Source: Haliotis rubra
Taxonomy: Eukaryota
Direction: 5' to 3'
Length of the DNA stretch: 64,000 bases
Assembly (NCBI RefSeq): GCF_003918875.1
Contig: NW_025765103.1
Span: 1,302,001-1,366,000 of the forward strand
Below the pieces are notes generated by a model. That model ran no database searches and was not told where the DNA came from. It saw only the letters and a program-made list of their open reading frames with translations. This document shows, in pieces, positions 12,190 through 32,600 of the stretch (position 1 is the first letter of the stretch; every line of letters begins with the position of its first letter). The position numbers were made by a program, and so were the translations under genes.

Positions 12190-12811
12190 TATAAATTTTG
12201 GTGTAGAAGTACCCGAGCAAGCGACAAAACAGCTAACACCCAGACATAGTCAATGATTATCATCGTTCCCGCCACCGGAAACGACAACAATTTAACTACA
12301 TTGCGGATTAATCGGACGTGAACTCCATTCATCGCTGTGTTGCGCCCTTTACATCTCCAGTTGAAAAGGTTTTACTACAAAAGCAATGTTCCGAGTTTAC
12401 ATCTTCTACTAAAACGAATCCGGAATATAATTGTACTCCCTGTGACCGGAGGCCTAAATGTGTTTGGATAACCTATTTAGAAAATAATGTTTATTTTAAA
12501 ACGAAATAAGGGAAATCAGAAATACTGATAATTAGATCTAAATCTATGTCCAGAGGTGATTTTGTTTTTGGGGGTGTACTAATGTAAAATAATAACTTTT
12601 GTCAGGTAATTCAAGCGGATGAAAACGTTACTTCATCTTAAAGTACAAATTTTCATTAATATACCACGGAATCTGTTTCAAACGTCATTAGTTAAAAAAA
12701 CAAAAATTGGTATAAACACTAAAGTTCTCATGAGAGTTATCTCCCTTCTACCGTATGCTAAAGTCCAACTCCGTGTCAAGTCAATTACATGTTGGTTCAA
12801 TGCCTGGGGAG
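12190..12811. promoter_or_regulatory. Probable bidirectional promoter CENPK/PTGR2
   Basis: Divergent genes; locally CpG-retaining; ETS-like ccggaa sites; candidate CENPK 5'UTR donor AAG|gtacca on - strand near 12187. Confidence 0.45.
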
Positions 12812-19554
<6,743 letters not shown>

Positions 19555-21825
19555 ACCGGCCAGCTTCCCCAGAATGACAGACGTGGGAAGAGGGCAGACA
19601 TGAGAAGAGGACAGACATGAGAAGAGGGCAAACGTGAAGGGTCATATGTGTGAGAGAGCCAGACATCAGACAGGTGTGAAGGGGGTAAACATAAGAAGAT
19701 GATCTTTGTGTGGACTGAGGAGACGTTGACACTCTGTACATCCCATACATGCAGGATGAAGAACCACATTCATTATAATCATCAACATCAACAATAAACC
19801 ATATTTCCATTGACGTCAGCGATCTTGACCCGAGTTTGTTTTCTTTCATTTTCAAGTGTTTTTGTTTCTAATTAAAATGTACGTAACCTTTGCTTACACT
19901 CATGGTGTAAATTCGTCTTGGTAACAATCCATTACGTGACTGAAAACCACCATTTGATGAAGACTGAGCAAGACACCAGCTATCACCTCTCAGTTCTTTC
20001 CAGGCTCTTACTAACCTAATGCCTGTATGTTGGAAATGTCGGTTATTATTGAAATGATGATGCGACTCATTTTGGATAACTATTTTAAAAGTTTTTGCCA
20101 GTTGTTTTCAAATCAATTATTTGCATTTATCTAGCATCTGTTTGCTGTTAGAGTGCACCCTATATTTTGAAACCCCCTGTGAAAGAGTGAGTTGTAAGGC
20201 ATCAGGACTCCTGCAGCTGTATTGTTTCACTATTGGTAACTGAATGATTGAACACAAATAACACAACACTAATAATCATAAAATGTTTTTACTGCATAGA
20301 ACATTGTCAGCTGTATTTACATAAGCCAGTGACTACTAGTATATGTACACTTTGTACATGGAAATATAAGCTGTGAGATCGAGCTCATAACACAATACAG
20401 CGGACATCTCAAAAACATACATATCAAATATTTCATGCACCAAGTTGCAATTTTCTGAACATACATACTCTCATCCATTGTATTTTTGTGTTTAAATTAT
20501 CTCCAACACCTGACTAGCTAAATAGAAAAATATTTGTATATGTATTCTCATTGAAATAAATTAATCCGTAATTATTCTTTTTTCATCTGGTATGATGATG
20601 AACATTTAACATTACTACTGTTTACATTTCAACCCTCACTCGAAGAAAAAATGGAAATACTATGTAAATAACTGCAGATTTACTTTTGAAATCCAGCCCT
20701 GTGGAACACCTGTCTGCATGTCAGTACCCTAAAGGACTCCTTCCCAAGAATGTTACTCACAGTACAGTTTGCATACAACCTAAATTCTACATTCGAAATG
20801 TCCAGCTACCAATGTTTAGTGACTTATTTCAGTTTGGTTTTTACTGTTTGAAAGAAGCTAGTACATCATTGAAATTAAGTTTTTGAAGGAAGTCTTCCCT
20901 CAATTTTACTCAAAATATTCACCTGTATGAGTGTGGATTACATCACATTCAACCATATCTCAGTTAAATCAAGATGGGTCATCAAACTAGAGTGGGAAAA
21001 ACTCAAAGTGAGTTTGTAGATGATTTTTACTTTGGTAAAACCATTAGCTGTGTACGTTGTGGACAGTCCAAGCATTGGGATTTGAACCGGGACAGCATTA
21101 CAGAAAATTGTAACTGTTCATGTTCATTCAAGCCTCACTTGTCCAGTTTATAGTTGATTTTTTCGATGTTGATGGCACACAGGAGATAAAAAAAAACTGA
21201 GTTCAATAGCTTTTTTCACCTTATTAGCCGATTGTGTCTTGATACTGTAAATAAATATTTGGAATAAATACTTTAATATGCAAGCCTATGGGCACTGGCT
21301 ACGTATGTTTTTACTCATATTTACAATATGGAAACACAAAGGTGATAACCTGTACTGAAGTCATTCCAAAACTGTTTATGACATAATTTCACCGTGAATG
21401 AGAAATGTGAGAACTGGCCCATTATCAAACAGTGCCAACTGAACATGATTTGAAACTTGTATGAAACAACAGTTGATGGTGTATTGAGCAAGCAGACAAT
21501 GCATTGATGTTTGGAGCTTAAAAATAGGTCCTCATGGTGATCTCTTTACAGTATTTATTGGCTCAAGCGCCAGGTTTCTGGCATTGGTTCATTGTTCTGA
21601 TAACACTCTACATTCTGTGGTAATGACCTGGCTCTCAATAGGCAATGACTTTCAAACATTGTAGTGTGGACCTATGTAAATACTGTGATTTATCTGAGGT
21701 CGACTAAATGCAGAATGATAAGTACAATGTTCTTCCCTCAACACCACTAACATGAAGGACATTTGTGAATGAACGAGAGAGTGAGTGAGTGACAAGGGAA
21801 CTAGCAACAACAATACCGCCATCTT

Positions 21826-21995
21826 GACTGACTGACTGACTGAGTTTGGTTTTACGCCGCTTTTAGCAATATTCCAGCAACATCACGGCGGGGGACACCA
21901 GAAATGGGCTTCACACATTGTACCCATGTGGGGATTCGAACCCGGGTCTTCAGTGTGACGAGCCAACGCTTTAACCACTAGGCTACCCCACCGTC
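21826..21995 (-). mobile_element. tRNA-derived SINE
   Basis: Near-identical to the 7982-8147 copy; 5' end locally duplicated (ggctaccccaccgtc x2). Confidence 0.85.
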
Positions 21996-23684
21996 TCTGG
22001 GCTACCCCACCGTCATCTCTGGATTTGGACACAGATCATTGCAATATTTCAACTCCTTTGCTGAAAACATTAAACAGTAGAGTGTTCCCTCTTCTGACGA
22101 TAAGTTTTCAAACATTGAAACAAATAAATATTTGTCAAAACAAAATTCAAAGAGTACTTAATTATAATTGCTCAAGACCATTGATGCAATTCCAAATAAA
22201 TGCAATTAAGCCTGAAAACACATATTTTGTAAATGAAAGTTCAAATTAAATTGTATTTCTAAAAACTTGTGCACAAATGCATTGCGAGGGCAGATAAAAA
22301 CGATTTTGTGGAAGCAGGTGATTATTTCATTCATGTTATACTTGTGTCCGTGAGGCTGTTTGTATTATGATGAAGGTGTCCCTATTTCTGAAAGTTCAAT
22401 ATTTACGTGGTCCATGATTCTCTATTATGGAAGAAAATATCAAGAACCAGAGGATTCTGTAAGTTTTAATACTGAATAGATGCCAGGGTGAAGACTATTG
22501 CAATCTCCAGACAGTTTTGTGCTGCTTTGTGTTACGTCTTTAAGTGACATTTAGAAGCTGGCATGATGAAGAGGAACACTTCTTAATAGATAGACAACTT
22601 CTTTACTCCATCTGGTACAATCATTATGTGTAATCACAACAAGCGTCGGTAATATCAACATACCGTACATCAACCTCTTCAATTGTATAAACTCAAATAC
22701 CCTTTATGTATATATTCTCCTTGTGCATAATGCTGTGTACTGTGCGAAGAATGCATTAAGTCGGAAAGCGCATGTTACATCTCCAAATCATCATCATCAA
22801 TGTTGTGTATCACTTGATAACAGTGTCAGGATCTACACTGAAATGTCGCATCTATTGCAATAGAGAAGCTGTCTTCCATAAAACGTGCTCCTCTGCATTG
22901 TGATGTATTAGTCTTACTGTCTGATGCATGCTGTCAATCTTTGCACACGACAGCTTGAGAGAAAACATGTTGTCTTGATCATCTGAATATGCCGTAAAGG
23001 CATTTAACAATTCTCTTGTTGCTGAAGAATAAGGCAACAGACATATCACAATATCAAATCACAAAAACAGAAGTGTTGAAGACAAAATTGTTTGCCCCAA
23101 GACAACATTACTTCAGTGAAAGGGACCTGTATTTAACTATCTTAATTTCATATATCTCTAAGCAACAACAACTACCTGCATTAATGTGATATGTTGATGG
23201 AACAAAAAACATCAAATATTACAAAATAAGGCCTATAACTCCACGATCCTGTTTAACTATGCCGACACATACATGAAGTGGAAGAGTGGGAACTAATGCG
23301 TCTACAACACCATTTCAACTTGTCATGGCTTGCCAGCGTGGGGACTGTACTGGCACACCAAGGGTCATACTGCCTGTGAATCGGGGATCTGCACCTACGA
23401 TAATAGCTTCCTGACATACAACTCTGAACAGACAGGTATACCTCAATATGGGTGTGATGTGGTTTTTAATAATGGCTTTTAGTTGTAAATTAAATTAAAT
23501 TAATTCAGTTAGAAGCCAATTTCCTATCTGGACCTCTGCATAAACATTAGATATAAAGATCTATGTATTACCTCCTGGAGAAACTCAACAATGCAATTTA
23601 ATTCCAGATTGTTGCATTTGTGAAACAGCTGTAACTTTATTGTTTTTAACATAAGACACCTTTTTCCCAAACAACTTAAAATTA

Positions 23685-26600
23685 TCATGTCTCAATACTC
23701 CTCAGTATTCCATTATCATCTGCCTTGTCCAATAATGAACAGAAAATGGGAGACTCAATCTGAAAAATACAAAAACACATGGGCACTGAAGGAAGTGATC
23801 TGATGCATCATGGCATTGGTCAAAATTGTATACAATAACATTCACTCATAGTCACTCACACTTATATATGAATATACTAATGGTCACTCACACTTGAATG
23901 TAAATATACAAATGGTCACTCACACTTGAATGTAAATATACTAATGGTCACTCACACTTGAATGTAAATATACTAATGGTCACTCACACTTGAACGTAAA
24001 TATACTAATGGTCACTCGCACTTGAACGTAAATATACTAATGGTCACTCGCACTTGAATGTAAACATACTAATGGTCACTCACACTTGAATGTAAATATA
24101 CTAATGGTCACTCACACTTATATATGCATATACTAATGGTCACTCGCACTTGAATGTAAACATACTAATGGTCACTCACACTTGAATGTAAATATACTAA
24201 TGGTCACTCACACTTATATATGCATATACTAATGGTCACTCACACTTGAATGTAAATATACTAATGGTCACTCACACTTGAATGTAAACATACTAATGGT
24301 CACTCACACTTGAATGTAAATATACTAATGGTCACTCACACTTATATATGCATATACTAATGGTCACTCACACTTGAATGTAAATATATTCATGGTCACT
24401 CACACTTGTATATAACAACACTCATGGTCACTCACACTTGTATATAACAACATTCATGGTCACTCACACTTGTATATAACAACACTCATGGAAACCAGAA
24501 TAAAAGGCATTAGATGTTTATCACTTTAGTGAAACATACAAGCAGGATCCAGACAAACCGAGAAACAATAATGGAACTATGAGCATGGGTTTCTGGCAAA
24601 TGTAAGGGAGATAACTGTGCAAAGCAAACAGGCACCTCAGACAACAGGGCCACTCATGTCTCCCAACAGCCACACTGTTCACACATAAACACAAAACGGG
24701 AATTATCAGACAAGACCTTCACATGGTCTGCATGTCATGACCAATCTCACACTGCACACATACAAATACAGAGCTGTGACAAGCTAGAGAGTTATTGTTC
24801 CCGAAGAATGTGTGAGAAGCAGTGTAAACCTACCCCCAGGATGTATGAACATGTGGAGGGCTCCATGAGATAGATGCCCACCGAGTGGGGGTGGTTGGTG
24901 TTCACCACACATCTGAAACACAACACATACACTAACACACAGCTACCTTCTGATTGGTACTAAGGCCATGATTCATCCTAGAATAGTGTACTAGCCAATA
25001 TCTCCACTTAAAATGGAATCTACTCCCTAAGCTGGAATGTCACATGCCTATAGTCCGTTTGGCTCAAAAGCGGACCGATGAATTGCAATCTAACTCGAAA
25101 ACTAATAAACATAAAATACCGGTACTCAATGAAACGCTGATCATAATCAAAACATCATACCCACTCTGTGAGGTTTTTGCAGAATTTTTGTCCTAAAAAT
25201 AAAAAAGTTGTTTAACAATCTATCATTAAAATATTGACACAGTTCACTATTTGTTACGAGGGGGGAGTGCAGAGAAAGGGACAGCCAGGTGTTCGAGAAC
25301 AGATGGAGATGGCACAGCACAGGTTAATGAATAAATAACTTTGTCTGTGAACGTGCTTCTCGAACACCTGGCTGTCCCTTTCTCTGCACTCCTCCCTCGT
25401 AACAAACAGTGAACTGTGTCAATATTTTAATGATAGTTTGTTAAACAACTTTTTTAAGGGACTATTAGTGATATGTAAGGGGTATGTAGCATGACAGTGA
25501 CAAGGGGCATGCATCACCTAATTTCACTGGTGCCATATTGTTGCACAGCTTCAAAAGCATCTGTCTATGATAGATAGGAATTTCATTGACTTCTTTGACT
25601 GGCATTCTAGAAGTTGGGTAGATGGATAGATACAACTTCTTTATTCTGTATAGGCGACGTTTCGACATAGATTCTAATGTCTTGACACTTGCTTGCCAAT
25701 GACATTAGAATCTATGTCTAGGCCTATACAGAATAAAGAAGTTGTATATCCATAAAAATAGTCGTCATTCTTCAGGAATGTCAATGTTTAACTAGAGAAA
25801 AACAACAATGGATACTCTGAACTTTACATGTACATCTTTCCTGAAGACGACATCTACACGATGTACACAGATAGTTCTTACACAGTAGCATCACTTCATT
25901 GTAAGATTGCTGCATAATATCACTGTATCATGACATCTATACAGTGTCACTACATTTTAGAAACTCAGGGAAACAAATGTGTTTTATCCCAAAACTAGAC
26001 ATCTTAAAACTGGGTTCAGGAACCTAAATATTGACAAACGACTGATTATCAAATATATTCATCAACACAACTGTCACATGTGCCAATAAAGTGAATACTT
26101 GAATAGACAGAACAAAGGGGTGATTGATATTATGAACAATTGGAGGGCTCTGGTCTGAGAACTGACCTCAGCTAGCATGTACTGCCCCTACTGACTAGTG
26201 GCCATGTTTTCAATAGTACTCACTTCAATTTGACTTCTACTGTCCTTGGTTTGCCTGTAATATCACATATATCTCCATCACTGTAGAACAGGGATATAAA
26301 TCTGAAAAACATACAATGTGATATCAGGCATTATCTCTATCACTGCAGAACTGGAACATCTGGAAGAGAGACAACAGTGATATAACCCATATCTCTGTAC
26401 AAGACGGAAATAAGTCTGAAACAGTGAACAAAGATATCACATACTCTCCACTACACAGTGTCGTAATGACACTAAGTGGCATAATGAAAATTGTAAAAAT
26501 AGTAAAATACTGTTTCTAATCTGCAGACAAATCAATAATTTCAGCTGTAAAACCTCCGAATAATCTGACTATGCTATTAAAGCACACATCCAAAGCAGCT

Positions 26601-29600
26601 TAGAGACAACTGGATCTACTTACTTTCTCTTTCCTATTTCTCGTGGTCTTTTTTGAGTATTTTGCTGCAACCACTGTAAATGGGCTGCTTCCTTCCAGAC
26701 ACCTAAATTGATAACCGTTCTTCCCTGGGAATCCTGCATCAAAACACACAGGTATTAGAAATGATTTACTTAAACAACACAATGAGAACGTGATGACTTT
26801 CACATTTTGGGGGAAATCTCTACTGTGAACAATCTCTCACATTCCTGTTATTTCAGAAGTATTACAATCATCAAAAATACTTGAATAGTTCTTGTACTTA
26901 CATCATGAAATTGTCTTGCATATATGCCATAACAAAACTCGTATTTCCACCATCCCTGTCCCTAGAACAAAAGTGTCAGTAATTAAATAATGACAACAAA
27001 TATATACATTTGAACAATAACAGAGAGAGTGTCAAAGAAACATTCATTTTAGGCGTATAAACAAGTACTCAAAGATTTCAGGTTTATAAATGTGTTCTTC
27101 AAGATTTCAGGTTGTTATATATTTTCTCCAAGAATATTTATACTCACAATGGGTTCTTCAAGATTTTACACTTTTAGATGAGTTCCTCAAGATTATTAGG
27201 TATATCAGTGGGATGTTCAAGATTTCAGGGTTAAAACTGGGTTCTTCAAGATGTCATAACTTAATGATACTGTCATCATGACTGTTACATTTGTAGTTTA
27301 CAAGACTTTAAAGTAGTACGGTTCTGGAGATAATGAGAATGTCATAATTCTACCACCTACATGCAATTCTACTTGCTACAGTATTCTTTACTTGCGTCAG
27401 TAACCCAGCTGTGGAGACAAACGTAACCACCCACTGAGATGATCTGATGTCACTGCCTTCTAACCATATGCTATCGACATACACTATTCTGGGGTAAATC
27501 AACCATCTATAACCCTAGGGAAACACCAAAACTTGACAACATGTAGGTGGTAGTCACTACCTGACTCTATTCAAGTGCCATTCCCCAAGTCATGACTGCC
27601 AAGGTATCCTCAAGACAATGGTTATCACCTTGCTCAAAGTAGACTTACCCCTTTAAGACAATAGTCTCCATTTGATAACATCCAAGGATGACCTTCCCCT
27701 TTAAGACAATAGTCTCCATTTGATAACCTCCAAGGTAAACCTACCCCTTTAAGACAGTAGTCTCGATTTGATAACCTCCAAGGATGACCTTCCCCTTTAA
27801 GACAATAGTCTCCATTTGATAACCTCCAAGGTAAACCTACCCCTTTAAGACAGTAGTCTCGATTTGATAACCTCCAAGGTAAACCTACCCCTTTAAGACA
27901 GTAGTCTCCATTTGATAACCTCCAAGGATGACCTTCCCCTTTAAGACAATAGTCTCCATTTGATAACCTCCAAGGTAAACCTACCCCTTTAAGACAGTAG
28001 TCTCGATTTGATAACCTCCAAGGATGACCTTCCCCTTTAAGACAATAGTCTCCATTTGATAACCTCCAAGGTAAACCTACCCCTTTAAGACAGTAGTCTC
28101 GATTTGATAACCTCCAAGGTAAACCTACCCCTTTAAGACAGTAGTCTCCATTTGATAACCTCCAAGGATGACCTTCCCCTTTAAGACAATAGTCTCCATT
28201 TGATAACCTCCAAGGTAAACCTACCCCTTTAAGACAGTAGTCTCGATTTGATAACCTCCAAGGATGACCTTCCCCTTTAAGACAATAGTCTCCATTTGAT
28301 AACATCCAAGGATGACCTTCCCCTTTAAGACAGTAGTCTCCATTTGATAACATCCAAGGTAGACCTACCCCTTTAAGACAATAGTCTCCATTTGATAACA
28401 TCCAAGGATGACCTTGTCTCCATTTGATAACCTCCAAGGTAAACCTACCCCTTTAAGACAGTAGTCTCCATTTGATAACATCCAAGGATGACCTTGTCTC
28501 CATTTGATAACCTCCAAGGTAAACCTACCCCTTTAAGACAGTAGTCTCCATTTGATAACCTCCAAGGATGACCTTGTCTCCATTTGATAACCTCCAAGGT
28601 AAACCTACCCCTTTAAGACAGTAGTCTCCATTTGATAACCTCCAAGGATGACCTTGTCTCCATTTGATAACCTCCAAGGTAAACCTACCCCTTTAAGACA
28701 GTAGTCTCCATTTGATAACCTCCAAGGATGACCTTGTCTCCATTTGATAACCTCCAAGGTAAACCTACCCCTTTAAGACAGTAGTCTCCATTTGATAACC
28801 TCCAAGGATGACCTTGTCTCCATTTGATAACCTCCAAGGTAAACCTACCTCTTTAAGACAGTAGTCTCCATTTGATAACCTCCAAGGATGACCTTGTCTC
28901 CATTTGATAACCTCCAAGGTAGACCTACCCCTTTAAGACAATATTCTCCAGTCAGGAACTCTCGCAGAAGCTGTTTGTCGGTGGTGGAGCCCAGGTTGTG
29001 CTGCTCTACATACTGTGGGGGTACCTTGGTGGCGACGTTGTCCGGCACTGCCTGTGGAGTTGGCTGAGGAGTGGGCTCCTGTCAAAACAGCATTCATTCA
29101 GCTCACACATTTGGCTTGGTTTTTTTTCTATTTATCGCGATAATCAGCAATTTCACAAACACAACTGGACTGACAAATTTATTCAATGAACAGATTGACC
29201 ACAGCTGCTTACTGGAGAGGGTGTCCTGGTGTGGACTACAGTTTTCTCCATTCTCTTTAACTGTGTTGGCTTGGCAGGGGATCCATCAAGGGCATGGCAC
29301 TGTATTTCCCCAACAGGCGCATTCTTGGGTCTGAAAATATGCAATCACATAAACACCAGTCAGATTAGAAATACAGTTGCACCATACAAGGGGTCAAGTC
29401 ACCTGATGATACACACAAACAAGGAGGGGAACAGGTGGCCAAGTGGTCTCGTACCAGTTACTACTCTCTGACCTGCCAAGCTCAGCTGGTCATTGGTTCA
29501 AGTCGCAGCTCTGCCCTGATCCTACTCTAGGTCAGACACCACCATACTTCTGCCCTGATCCTACTCTAGGTTGGACACCACCATACCTCTGCCCTGATCC

Positions 29601-32600
29601 TACTCTAGGTCGGACACCACCATACCTCTGCCCTGATCCTACTCTAGGTTGGACACCACCATACCTCTACCCTGATCCTACTCTAGGTTGGACACCACCA
29701 TACCTCTGCCCTGATCCTACTCTAGGTTGGACACCACCATACCTCTGCCCTAATCCTACTCTAGGTTGGACACCACCATACCTCTACCCTGATCCTACTC
29801 TAGGTTGGACACCACCATACCTCTGCCCTGATCCTTCTCTAGGTTGGACACCACCATACCTCTGCCCTGATCCTACTCTAGGTTGGACACCACCATACCT
29901 CTGCCCTGATCCTACTCTAGGCTGGACACCACCATACCTCTGCCCTGATCCTACTCTAGGTTGGACACTATCATACCTATGTTCATTAAGTACAAAAACA
30001 GTGGTACATATCTACAACTTACATCACCTTATGCTTTCATCCCACACCACTTCAAAAATATGCAAAAAGGCACAAGGCAAGGAGAAGAATATTACCATCT
30101 GTAAATGAATGGACTATCTGTATTCTGTGGGGCACCTGTGACACTCTTAATGCTGACCAAACATACTGCAATCTGACTATAAGTATAGTGAAGTGATTAC
30201 CCAGCCAAGTGATCCCTACCTGAAGTCTGGGTGTCCACACAGGACGGATGTCAACACCATCATCTCATATTCACATGTTGACGTCTCCTTGAACTCGTAG
30301 ATTTCCCCGTGGCCGTCTGGTTGACACACATACAAGATGCGTGTCCTCCGAGGCTCTTGTGTCAGATCACAAGCCGTTCCATCCGTCATGTTTACTTCAT
30401 AATAGGGGAGAGAAATACCTTCTACTTTCCGGATTTTTATCTGGAAACAATTACTATTACACATACACATATTGTTAGCAGACTGTTATATGGGAATAGT
30501 TTACTACAAGCTCTAAAAATATCTGAAAACTTTCCTATAATTTTCTGTGATTTGAAATTTGGTCTGTGCTAGTCACAAGTCCAATGAACATGTAAACCTG
30601 AGTGAAATGTTTATGGTGAACTTACAATGCGATGATTCTACCATGACAAACTTCACTGAATAATCTGGAACTCACACATTAATCTTTAAGACTTTATTTT
30701 CTACAATTTGATCTTAATTATGAAAGAAAAAACCCATGAATTAGCTCCCGTCGATTGTGAAGCAACTTGTGGAAGCTATGTGCAAAAACTACCTGTTAAT
30801 CACTGTGTCAATCTTGTGAAATAACAGAAGCTATAAAAACATACTACAACATATATATTCAGCGACATGTGTTACTGTCTCCAGTAATCACCAATAACGT
30901 CTGTCAGCAGCCCGTGGTGTAAGCATGATTATGGGACATCACTTTTACATTACTTCAGATTGGAATGAAATTACAGCCAACTGAGCCATTGGAGTGGTCT
31001 GTGCCTTTGTCTTTGCTTATTTTGAAATAATGTTTCCTCTTTAACCACATACTGAAGGCCATCTGAGGGATGTGTAATTAATACCCAGGAGAAAACATGT
31101 TCACCACTTTGATTTCATAACCTCATATTGAAAACCTGTTTACAGGACAACCTTGCTAATCTGGACACTGTCCATCCATTCCTAATGGATAATTTCACCC
31201 TGCTTGTAGCTACTGAACAAGAACACTTCATGACATTCTGATACTCACATTTGATGATTCTGAAACATGAGAAACAGACAATGATTTATATTTGTTTTCA
31301 AAACACACAGATTTTATTCATTTTTTCTACACTTTCGTGCTTTCTTGGACATATTTGTTTCAGGGTCTGTATGACAGACTAAAATCATTGTAGTACTTCA
31401 ATTACTGTTTGCTGCTGGGCCTTGGACCCAATACCTTCTTCAACCATGCACCAGCTACTGTGTGCCTGCTACTGGGCCTTTTACCCAGTACATTATTCAA
31501 CCACTCAGGGGTTCAAAAATCCCATTGCCCGACGCCCGGGACAAGTCAGTTTTCATTTCGGGCAATCAAATAATGGTATCTTATTTGTCCGTGGGCTACT
31601 AGATAATTTCCACTTATGGTTTCAAACTGCAAATAAACTTGGATTTAATTTCATATCTGCTCAAAATGTAGCTTTCAAACTTCGCAATGATGATAAAGTA
31701 GAGTTATCTTTCTTTGCTATTTATCACTTTTCAATAAATAGTCCAGTAAACATTAACATCAAATACCATGTTGATTTATTCTTTCATAATTACATCAACA
31801 TGATTATGTCATAAAATCAGGGCAAGTGGAAAATTTGTCAGGACAAGTTACTTTCTTAAAGTCACTTGCACGGTGGCAAGTGGCTTTTTAAAATAATTTT
31901 GAACTCCTGCCACTCATAGTTACTGTGTGCTGCTGGGCCTTGGACCCAAATACAGTAATCAACCACTCACCTGAATCTTCATTTTTGTCTTGTTTTCCAT
32001 AACCAAGAAAGTATTCTTGAACCTTTGGTTTCTGAAACATTGTTGACCAAAATGTAATTTTTCAAGTAAAATTGATATTTTTATACTTATCCTGACTCAT
32101 GATCTTTTGCTTATCTTCCTTTCCTTTTCGAATGGTAGTGGAACACTTGAATCCCTTGAAGTTCCCGAAGCGGACATAAGAGTTACCTCCCTTTTGCCCT
32201 TATCCCGCGCAAACAGTCATGTGACCAGCCTTACTTGTCACTCTCTCCTGATTTTCTGCCCATGCACTTGGATCTGCTGTGAAATCCAAAGTGTCTTCAG
32301 CGGGGAGGTTGGGAGGGCTTCTCGTCATGAGTCAGGATAAGTATAAAAATATCAATTTTACTTGAAAATTACATTTTTTTTCTTATCCTGACTCATGATC
32401 TTTTGCTTATATAATCCGACGGATTGGTGGTGGGTCAAGCCACTTCGTGGATTCATCAGCTGTCCTTAGATACGTCCTGTATCCCCCCCATGGGAACTGC
32501 GAAACGGCATTTCCGTGATCCTATTCTTCCAACTTCCGTTATAACTCGGGGAGACCACTTTCTTGTCTTACTGCAGTCTCAGACAAGTTGAATCATGTTG

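Noticed and set aside
27634-28437. 267-aa repetitive ORF ([16 protein letters not shown])n
   Set aside because: By-product of a 48-bp intronic array; separated from exon 9 by frameshifting units and a stop
29443-30108. 221-aa ([13 protein letters not shown])n ORF
   Set aside because: 39-bp minisatellite antisense within an ERLEC1 intron
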